From assembly GCA_903861255.1 (NCBI GenBank), contig CAIOTO010000230.1, positions 1 through 35,259 on the forward strand: a stretch of DNA of 35,259 nucleotides. Reading direction: 5' to 3'. Origin of the DNA: an uncultured Alphaproteobacteria bacterium (GTDB lineage Bacteria; Pseudomonadota; Alphaproteobacteria; Paracaedibacterales; CAIOTO01). Positions within the stretch are counted from its first letter, which is position 1. Each line of letters begins with the position of its first letter. Below the pieces are notes generated by a model that saw nothing but the letters and a program-made list of their open reading frames with translations, did no database searches and had not been told where the DNA came from. The position numbers and the translations under genes are program-made. Below, piece by piece: positions 1 through 7,936 of the stretch.

Positions 1-419
1 AGACATGACGAAAATCACTGAATACAGAAAATATAGTTTAAGTATTTTTTGAACCCATTTTGCAGGCCTCGTTAATCACATTGAAAAGTAAAATGTTGAG
101 CACTCAACAGATGAACAACTAGACTAGCGCATGAGCTCTATTCACTCTTTTTAATTATTCGTATAAAACGATATTATTACGGGAATAATTTTAACATACA
201 CCTTTTTGCATTGATTGACAGTTGAATTGTCATAATTATTTCGTCACATTTTTTTTTGTGAAAAAACAAAAAAAGACTAAGACATTAGAAAATAGCTATC
301 CTGCCCAAAGGGTTATATTTTCTTACAAAGCCAGGCGAAAAAGAACTTTACATACGCATTGCATCACACATAACGTCGTTTTAATGTGTGCATGATAAAT
401 ATAACTTTTAAGGTGAGCC

Positions 420-659
420 ATGCAAGTTAACTCGAACAAAAAAGCACTAAGAGAGGCAAGTTTAAGAAAGTCTGCACCCGTATTAGAAGGTATTAACAGT
501 CAAATCAAGATTCTGCGTTTGATGATGTTGCGTATTGACGATCGAAGCACACGCACAGCGGCTAATCGGGTCAGTGAAATGCGATCGACTATAGCGTATG
601 GGTCTGTTTATCCGCTGCAAAACATAGAACGTACTTCATTGTTTTTCTGTGCGAGATAA
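420..659 (+). CDS. hypothetical small protein (79 aa), doubtful
   Basis: ATG at 420 follows an AAGGTGA Shine-Dalgarno-like motif (410-416). No recognisable domain. Sits in an otherwise ORF-free 830-bp AT-rich stretch. Confidence 0.2.
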   Translation: MQVNSNKKALREASLRKSAPVLEGINSQIKILRLMMLRIDDRSTRTAANRVSEMRSTIAYGSVYPLQNIERTSLFFCAR

Positions 660-830
660 AATTGATATGAAACAAATTCATATCTTTTGTAAAATGCCTG
701 TCATTCTTAAGAGTGATTGACAAAAACAAATCAGATAGGGGGTAGAAAATGATTGCTTGATTCGCATTTGAGTGGTAATTGTACATTCATAATATCTTTT
801 TTCTAATATTTAAATGCCGGGAAAATATGT

Positions 831-2090
831 ATGAATAAGAAAGTTATCGTTTCAAGTTTTATCGGAAATGCGCTTGAATTCTTTGATTTTATGCTGTGTG
901 GCGTGTTTATGATGACCCTGTCACGTGTTTTTTTCCCGTCGTCGAATCCTAATTTATCTATTCTTGCTGGTCTTTTTGCATTCTCCGCAGCCTTTTATAC
1001 ACGCCCTATTGGCGCACTTTTGTTTGGGTACCTTGGTGATAAGTACGGCAGAAAAAAAATTCTGTCTATAACCGTATTTTTAATGGGCATACCAACCTTT
1101 ATTATTGGCATTCTTCCATCTTACGAAAGCATTGGTATTTTTGCGCCACTCACGCTTATTGCATGTCGTCTTCTTCAGGGATTATGTACAGGTGGTGAGT
1201 ATAACGGTGCAGCAATTTTTGCGCTTGAACATGTGCAAAAGGATCGTCCTGGCTTTGTAAGTGGTCTTATTTCAAGTTCCTGTGTCGTTGGTGCGTTGAG
1301 CGCTACTATTTTGGGCGGTATTTTCTTATATGATGGTGCGCCGACTTGGTTTTGGCGCGTACCTTTCTTGTTTGGCGCACTTATAAGTGTCGTGGGTTAT
1401 TTTTTACGCCGTTATACGTTTGAAACAATGGAGTTCATGAAATATAAACAGTACACACAGCAAGAACACGTTAGCTTCTCGTACGAAAAATACATCAATC
1501 AATTTCTTGTCGCCATCAGCGTTGGCGCCCTGAATGGTGCGTTATCTTATACATTATTTGGATTTTTGAATGTGTACATGACAAAGTTCGTTGGGTTTCA
1601 TATATTACAAGGCATTTGGTGCAATGCTGTTGGACTCGTGGCTTTTGGACTGTCCTGTGTTGCATTTGGCGCACTTTCTGATCGATGGGGCGAGAAAAAA
1701 TCGATTACGTATTCAGCATGCCTTGCGTGCATTATTGCTTTTCCCGCTTTTTATTTGTTAATACAGGCGCAACTTATTCCTGTTTTAGCAGGCCAGATTT
1801 TATTGGGAATTGCTGTTGGTAGTTTTATTAGTACAAATCACTTTTTCTTGCAGTCACTTTTTCCTGTGCAAATTAGATATCGCGCGATTGCCTTTGGTTT
1901 TTGTTTAGGCATGGCAATTACAGGCGGCACGACGGCAATGCTATTAACATACACAATTATGCAGACCCAAAATCTATATGAGCCTGCATTCTTGATTGTG
2001 TCTTATGCATCAATCTTTATGCTATCACTGAAATTACTGCCTAAGAAAAGCGCTCTGATTTATGAAGAAGAGCAATTAAAGGCAGCGTAA
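831..2090 (+). CDS. MFS transporter, metabolite:H+ symporter (MHS, ProP/KgtP-like) family
   Basis: 419 aa with about 12 hydrophobic segments. Family-typical N-terminus GNALEFFDF and RPIGALLFGYLGDKYGRKK loop, plus LQGLCTGGEYNGAAIF. Confidence 0.9.
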   Translation: MNKKVIVSSFIGNALEFFDFMLCGVFMMTLSRVFFPSSNPNLSILAGLFAFSAAFYTRPIGALLFGYLGDKYGRKKILSITVFLMGIPTFIIGILPSYESIGIFAPLTLIACRLLQGLCTGGEYNGAAIFALEHVQKDRPGFVSGLISSSCVVGALSATILGGIFLYDGAPTWFWRVPFLFGALISVVGYFLRRYTFETMEFMKYKQYTQQEHVSFSYEKYINQFLVAISVGALNGALSYTLFGFLNVYMTKFVGFHILQGIWCNAVGLVAFGLSCVAFGALSDRWGEKKSITYSACLACIIAFPAFYLLIQAQLIPVLAGQILLGIAVGSFISTNHFFLQSLFPVQIRYRAIAFGFCLGMAITGGTTAMLLTYTIMQTQNLYEPAFLIVSYASIFMLSLKLLPKKSALIYEEEQLKAA

Positions 2091-2175
2091 GAGTTTTGCG
2101 TATTAGGAATTAACATTGCTTTCACTTTCGAAAGAAGACTAGAATTTTCTTAGAGATTCTTAGTTTGACTAAAAG

Positions 2176-4587
2176 ATGCACGGACTAATAATTGCACTTG
2201 TCCTGATAATTTGCCTGACGATTGTTATGGCGAGTGTTGCGTCATATTATTACAAGGCCTATTGGCGCCTATCCCTTGAAAATCATCGTCTCAATCTTGA
2301 TGTTCTGCAAAGTCAAAATATACTTGAAGCATTGCCGCAACCCTGGGCTTGCTGGATTGATGGTGAAACAACCGTCAACACATCCCATATTTTTAAAAAT
2401 CAATTTCGTATTGACCCACTGTATCATTTCCAAGTTCATGACTTAGCAAAGATTTTTGGTGAATCCACACTCTCTCCATTTCAGCGCGCATTACAACATA
2501 TTATTTCTTTTGGTGGTAATTTCACGTTAGAAATCAATATTTTTGACGACAGTCAATATTTTGAAGTCTACGGATGTTGCGTCCCCTATAATCCGCCGCC
2601 CACGCCTGGCCTTTATCGTAAAGCATTGGGCCCACAACAGATGATCATTTTAAGCTTTCGTGATATCAGCAAGCGCTTAAACGAACAATCAAAATTTAAC
2701 ATCATACAGCAAACAAAAAATCATGAACTGGAAATGCTGCGTATTCTAACAGATGTATCGCCTATTGCTTTGTGGTATCGCAATGATAATGGACGTATTC
2801 AATATTGTAACTTAGCGTATGCAGGTGCCCTTGATACAAGTATCAGCCGCGTGATTGCAGAAAATCGTGAACTTGTTGATCGTTACGGCGAAGTTAGTAC
2901 CTACGAATTATCAAGACGTGCCTTGCAACGAAAAGAGAAAGTCGTCATTCGTACGCATATTGTGATTGCAGGGGAACGGCGTTTTCTTGAACTTGCCGAA
3001 ATTCCGATTCCGGATTCATTGCAAACAGTTGGCTATGCGATTGACATAACTGAAATCGAAGAGATTGCAAAGGAAAAGAATCAAGCTCAAAGATCTCATG
3101 CAGAAGTCTTTAATTATCTATCAACGCCACTTGCTGTTTATGGTTCTGATACACGACTTGAATTTTTCAATAGTGCCTATAGAACAATGTTTGAACATGA
3201 TGAGAATTGGTTGCTTACAAAACCAACACTTGGAGAAATAATGGAACACTTACGTGAAAAGCGTAAAATGCCGGAATACACCAACTTTCAAGCACATAAA
3301 CACGGGCGTCTTGAACTATTTAATACACTTATGGAACCTCTCCATGAAATTATACACCAGCCAGATGGCGTCACCTGTCGTTTGGTTATCGCGCCAACAC
3401 CAACAGGAGGGCTTGTTTATCTCTATGATAATATCACCGACAAGCTTGCACTTGAGCGTCGTTACAACACGCTAACGGCCGTTCAAAAGGAAACGATTGA
3501 TCACTTATATGAAGGCATCATTGTGTTTGGCACCGATTATCGCTTACGGCTATCAAACCCCGCAATGGAATATATATGGGGTCTTAAACCGCATGATCGC
3601 ACTGTTGGTATTCACATTAATGAAATATTGAAAGTGGTTTCACGGCAGTTTAAGGATTCACGCCAAAGTAAAGCCTGGCGCACAAAAATGCTTGATGTGA
3701 TCTCAAGGCGTAATCCTGAACGCCAAAGGATTAGCCTTAAGAAGGATAAGATGCTGGAATATTCCTACGTTCCACTGCCTGATGGCAGCCATCTGCTAAG
3801 CTTTATTGATATTAGTGATACATGGCGCTTTGAACGTTCACTGAAAGAACGCAACCAAACGCTGGAACGTGAAGATCGTCTGAAATCAGACTTTATTTCA
3901 CATGTGTCATATGAATTAAGATCGCCGCTTAACACGATTGCTGGTTTTAGTGAAATTCTGCTTAATCAGTATTTTGGAAAACTGAATGAAAAACAGCTGG
4001 ATTATTGCAAAGGTATTTCTGAATCGACGGATCGTTTAATGAATTTGATTAATGACATGGTGGATTTAGCGAGCATTGAATCTGGAAAAATTAGTTTGAA
4101 TTATCAAGATGTGCAAGTTGAGCATTTGCTAGGCAGCGTGCTTGTGCTCGTTCAAAATCGTGCAAATGACCAAGGGCTTGAACTTGTCGTGGAAAACCAA
4201 GTAGCATCAGATGTTTTGCGTATTGATTTACGGCGCCTGAAGCATGGGTTGTTCAATTTACTGACCAATGCCATCAAATTCACACCTAATGGAGGGCGCA
4301 TCACGCCTGGTGCATATAAAAGTAAAGTAGCGGGAGCCATTGATATCGTTGTGGAAGATACCGGCATTGGGATTTCAGTTGAAGACCAATCACGTCTATT
4401 TCAGCAAAGTTTGCTTAATCTAACAGGACAATCAGGTGCAGCTGGCCTTGGGCTGACGCTCGCAAAAAGTTTGTTGGAGCTGCATAATGGGCAGCTTACC
4501 CTTGAATCAGAAGTGAATCATGGTACAAAAGTACGCTGCACAATTCCGATGTTACCAGAGACGACGCAGAAAACATCAGGCAAGTAG
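2176..4587 (+). CDS. PAS-domain sensor histidine kinase (PleC-like architecture, no receiver domain)
   Basis: N-terminal TM segment and several PAS-like blocks. H-box FISHVSYELRSPLNTIAGFSEIL, N-box LFNLLTNAIKFTPNGG, G1 VEDTGIGIS, G2 GAAGLGLTLAKSLLELHNG. Confidence 0.9.
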   Translation: MHGLIIALVLIICLTIVMASVASYYYKAYWRLSLENHRLNLDVLQSQNILEALPQPWACWIDGETTVNTSHIFKNQFRIDPLYHFQVHDLAKIFGESTLSPFQRALQHIISFGGNFTLEINIFDDSQYFEVYGCCVPYNPPPTPGLYRKALGPQQMIILSFRDISKRLNEQSKFNIIQQTKNHELEMLRILTDVSPIALWYRNDNGRIQYCNLAYAGALDTSISRVIAENRELVDRYGEVSTYELSRRALQRKEKVVIRTHIVIAGERRFLELAEIPIPDSLQTVGYAIDITEIEEIAKEKNQAQRSHAEVFNYLSTPLAVYGSDTRLEFFNSAYRTMFEHDENWLLTKPTLGEIMEHLREKRKMPEYTNFQAHKHGRLELFNTLMEPLHEIIHQPDGVTCRLVIAPTPTGGLVYLYDNITDKLALERRYNTLTAVQKETIDHLYEGIIVFGTDYRLRLSNPAMEYIWGLKPHDRTVGIHINEILKVVSRQFKDSRQSKAWRTKMLDVISRRNPERQRISLKKDKMLEYSYVPLPDGSHLLSFIDISDTWRFERSLKERNQTLEREDRLKSDFISHVSYELRSPLNTIAGFSEILLNQYFGKLNEKQLDYCKGISESTDRLMNLINDMVDLASIESGKISLNYQDVQVEHLLGSVLVLVQNRANDQGLELVVENQVASDVLRIDLRRLKHGLFNLLTNAIKFTPNGGRITPGAYKSKVAGAIDIVVEDTGIGISVEDQSRLFQQSLLNLTGQSGAAGLGLTLAKSLLELHNGQLTLESEVNHGTKVRCTIPMLPETTQKTSGK

Positions 4588-4592
4588 TGCTT

Positions 4593-5444
4593 TTATATTA
4601 TCCGACCAACCCATTCATAGCGATACAACCGATACTGAAACGGTGCCATGCGTACAGTAAAGTCACATTGTGTTACACGTAATAAAGTCATAAGGTCAAC
4701 TGAAAATACTTTTAAGTTGGGTAAGTTGAGGGATTCACCAAAAGCGAGCACCCCCTTTCCTGTCATGTAGCTTCTTTCAACAGATAGTCCCACAAGATTT
4801 TTTAGGTTTGCGCATGTTGCAATGTTGCAGGCAGTTCCATCATCCAAATGATGCAATGCTAGATAATAAAAATTACTACAAATTGACAGTCGTAGCAAAC
4901 GCTTGATGTCAGAAGCATCAATTCCATTGACGGTACGGTCACTTAACGCAATTTTAATGCGCGGATCAAGTCTTTGCGCAATCTGAGTGAATCGTCTTAG
5001 ATTCGTTGCTTTCTCGGTTGTAACGAGCAGCATAAATTGTGCGGGAGATTTATTTATAACGCTAATCAATGAATCTGATAATGATTGCTCGGCAACTTGA
5101 ATAAGAAAATGATCTGTGGGGAGGGTTTCTGATAAATAATCAACAAAATGTTGTTGTGTTTCTGCAGTTAATTCTTCTGATAATTCAGTAAGTTCATCAG
5201 GTATTGTTGGGTTGCATGGCGGCGGTGAAAAATAGAGAAGGTCGTATTCATCTGGTTCTTCTTGATATAGCTTAAAAACCGACATTCCTTTTTTTTCGTG
5301 AGGATATGTCTCGAAGTAAGCCATTACGGTTAAGCTAAAATTGGCAGCTACTCGTGGCGGTTCAAGTTGAGGGGGATCATCCATACTACGTGCGGCAAGG
5401 ATAAGGCTATTTAACACAATGATTACGCGTATTATTATTTTCAT
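4593..5444 (-). CDS. exported protein with C-terminal RNI/F-box-LRR-like leucine-rich repeats (hypothetical)
   Basis: Start taken at internal ATG 5444 (MKIIIRVIIVLNSLILAARS, signal-like). The C-terminus has LRR-like periodicity: CANLKNLVGLSVERSYMTGKGVLAFGESLNLPNLKVFSV. Confidence 0.55.
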   Translation of the reverse strand: MKIIIRVIIVLNSLILAARSMDDPPQLEPPRVAANFSLTVMAYFETYPHEKKGMSVFKLYQEEPDEYDLLYFSPPPCNPTIPDELTELSEELTAETQQHFVDYLSETLPTDHFLIQVAEQSLSDSLISVINKSPAQFMLLVTTEKATNLRRFTQIAQRLDPRIKIALSDRTVNGIDASDIKRLLRLSICSNFYYLALHHLDDGTACNIATCANLKNLVGLSVERSYMTGKGVLAFGESLNLPNLKVFSVDLMTLLRVTQCDFTVRMAPFQYRLYRYEWVGRII

Positions 5445-5584
5445 ACAATAGCTCCGTTTGATACAGCGATTGTTTTTCAATAGATAGATCAACGTTTGCA
5501 GTAAAATATAAATAAATACCTATTTAATTAATAGTATATCATTATATGTATTAATAGTGTGTTAATATGATGTCAGGAAATTTT

Positions 5585-5691
5585 GTCATCCCCGCGAAGG
5601 CGGGGATCCAGTGTTATTTCAATATTATTATCCATAAAAACTCACCGTTTTGAATAAAGCTTTTCTGGATTCCCGCCTCCGCGGGAATGAC
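5585..5691. repeat. palindromic MITE/RPE-like element, subfamily 1 (archetype copy)
   Basis: Terminal inverted repeats GTCATCCCCGCGAAGGCGGGGATCCAG (5585-5611) and CTGGATTCCCGCCTCCGCGGGAATGAC (5665-5691). Each arm is itself a CCCGC-GAAG-GCGGG hairpin. Confidence 0.8.
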
Positions 5692-5750
5692 AATTAATGG
5701 TGATTTTAATAAAAGTCTATTGTGCCCCTCATCCATAATAACGCACCCTT

Positions 5751-7856
5751 TTAGCTATCATCACCTTTAGATTCATCGACGGCAGCTGAAGAGGCACTTT
5801 TCCTCAAAGCATTTTCAGCACGACGTTGTGCGGCTGTATTTGATGCCTGGCTTACATTTGCACTCATAGCAGAAAATCGTTCGTCAGCTAATGCTTCAGT
5901 TGAATCACCCATGCCATGTCGTGCTTGTCGGTTGTACAGATAAACTCGATTGTTAAATTCATAAGAATTTAGCCCTTCTATATCTTCAATAGCAAGCGCC
6001 TCTCTGACATTACGTGCTGATTTATAGATACGTGACGGTGTGACACTATAAATCCGGCCATCGTCACGGCGTTGCTCAGGATCTCTCATTTGATAAATAC
6101 GATCACGTGCAATGCGTTCTTTAAATTCACCCATGGCTTTTGCTTGTGCCGCGACTGGGTCATCTTGCGGGTCAATATAGTAATGACCCAAGTTCTGATT
6201 ACGCATGTAATAAGCTTGACGATCTGCATAAACGCGTTTCATAAATCCATTTTTGCGTGCATCGAATTCGGAAGCGTTCGGTTCAGCCGCTGGTTCAAAT
6301 ATGAATGTACAGTCGGTTCGCTCGAAATTACCATAGTTTCCTTGACGTGGCACACCAGTGTACGACGATGACTTATAGGTACAGAAATTACTTTGCCCAT
6401 CATCAAATGCCGTATCACGTTGCCAGAACACACCGTTATCTGTTGATGTAATTGCACGATGCAATTTCTTTGCGACGACGGATTGTTCTGGTTGTATATA
6501 GCGCATTTGATTTTGATCATAGTATCCTTGACCATTTTCAGCGAGTAAGCTGTTTGTCATGTGTGCAGATTGATCAAATCTAAATGCATATGGTGCAACG
6601 ACTTGTCTAACAGAGTTTGGCCAATAGAATATTGTTTGACCTCCCCTATAGACCACATCCCACGTTCTGTTATAACCATTTTGTGCGTGATTGCCATGAA
6701 TATCATATCCTTGTCTATTTCTAAAATCCCATGATTGTGGGGTAGGCGCACGGTATCCTGCACGGTTGTATCCATCTGCATCTAAATTGTTTCTATTTTG
6801 GAAAGCCCAACTTGGATCCTGCTGACCATTTGGATGACGCCCATTCAAATCGAATCCTTGCCTGTTATATCCACGACGGTTATATCCCGTTTCATCATAA
6901 ACATGATCTTGATAATCGATTGGCGTAAATGAGTCCCCTTCACCTTGTGTTTGTTTATCCATCGCATACACGTTCCACCAGCGACCATTTAGTTTAACCG
7001 TTGTCATGGGGCGTTTTTCACCTGTTACAACATTTGTTACAGCCATTCCAGCGTTAAAGGATCGCTGCGAAAAATATGGAAACAGTTCTTTTACTGTGCG
7101 ACCAAGAACATGTGAGTCAGGGCAGAAATCTTGTGCACTAAGCTGTTTCATGCGTTGCCGATGCATAATTGAAAAATGTTCATCAGCAAAACGATCATCA
7201 ATAGGCCTTGGTTCCAATGCGCCCATTTGAACTGTACTACTTAAGACGGATCCTGGCAGAAATGTAAATGCATAAAGCAAATCATGAATGCTTAGCACAT
7301 CATCTGCTGTAAGGGTTTGATTTTTGCTTTTATTATCAGCATAAACAAGAACTTGCTTTATAAAACGAATTTCATTTAGGATAGCTGAATTCTTTGCTAA
7401 ATCACGTTTTCTAGATTCAATATCAGGATTAGTTTCTGCAGTTTCTATTTCATGCAAAATGACGTTTTCAAAAGCAATAAGCTGCTGTCTCATTATTGTC
7501 ATTTGTGAATAAGCAAAATTTGGTCCACTTGTTCTCAAGGTTTCTACTGCTTCAGCTTGTGTACGCTCAAAATCTTGTTGAACTTCTTGCTCTCTTCCCG
7601 CTTCACGATTCGCAGCCTCATTTACATAGCGAGCAGCTCTGACGCGCAACGCTTCTGGTGAGAATTTTTCATGTTCTTTGGTTTGCACATAATATTCTCT
7701 ATCGCGAAAATCAGCACTTTGCTCTGTTGTTGGAATTGACATTTCTTTCCCAGTTTTTAAACGAACAGTTTTAGCCTGATCGGCAGCCTCGACAGCGCTG
7801 GATATCAATCCCACAAAAGCCGCGCACATCATTAATTTAGTTCGAATCATTTTCAT
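5751..7856 (-). CDS. exported protein of unknown function, paralogue A (with GYNR/GYD repeat insert)
   Basis: ATG 7856 preceded by AAAGGTG. Signal peptide MKMIRTKLMMCAAFVGLISSAVEA|AD. Shares long motif blocks with the adjacent 7937-9529 product. Confidence 0.8.
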   Translation of the reverse strand: MKMIRTKLMMCAAFVGLISSAVEAADQAKTVRLKTGKEMSIPTTEQSADFRDREYYVQTKEHEKFSPEALRVRAARYVNEAANREAGREQEVQQDFERTQAEAVETLRTSGPNFAYSQMTIMRQQLIAFENVILHEIETAETNPDIESRKRDLAKNSAILNEIRFIKQVLVYADNKSKNQTLTADDVLSIHDLLYAFTFLPGSVLSSTVQMGALEPRPIDDRFADEHFSIMHRQRMKQLSAQDFCPDSHVLGRTVKELFPYFSQRSFNAGMAVTNVVTGEKRPMTTVKLNGRWWNVYAMDKQTQGEGDSFTPIDYQDHVYDETGYNRRGYNRQGFDLNGRHPNGQQDPSWAFQNRNNLDADGYNRAGYRAPTPQSWDFRNRQGYDIHGNHAQNGYNRTWDVVYRGGQTIFYWPNSVRQVVAPYAFRFDQSAHMTNSLLAENGQGYYDQNQMRYIQPEQSVVAKKLHRAITSTDNGVFWQRDTAFDDGQSNFCTYKSSSYTGVPRQGNYGNFERTDCTFIFEPAAEPNASEFDARKNGFMKRVYADRQAYYMRNQNLGHYYIDPQDDPVAAQAKAMGEFKERIARDRIYQMRDPEQRRDDGRIYSVTPSRIYKSARNVREALAIEDIEGLNSYEFNNRVYLYNRQARHGMGDSTEALADERFSAMSANVSQASNTAAQRRAENALRKSASSAAVDESKGDDS

Positions 7857-7936
7857 AAAAAGCACCTTTCAGTATTTGTTTTGTATGTAGGAACCCACGA
7901 ATTCATCCCCGCGGGTTATTTGTTATATTCTGTGAA

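Noticed and set aside
420-660. Structured housekeeping ncRNA (RNase P RNA, tmRNA, SRP RNA) in the ORF-poor 5' region
   Set aside because: AGAAAGTCTGCAC only superficially resembles the RNase P GGAAAGTCCGGGC box. The other universally conserved blocks (GGTAAGAG, ACAGAA.CCGGCTTA), a tRNA-like GGTTCGA T-arm and the SRP GGAAG/AGCAG motif are all absent.
7890-7916. Intrinsic terminator between the two secreted paralogues (AACCCAC...CCCCGCGGGTT hairpin)
   Set aside because: The stem is short with a 12-nt loop, and no T-tract follows on the transcribed (minus) strand. The TCATCCCCGCG core more likely marks a decayed arm of the subfamily-1 palindromic element.
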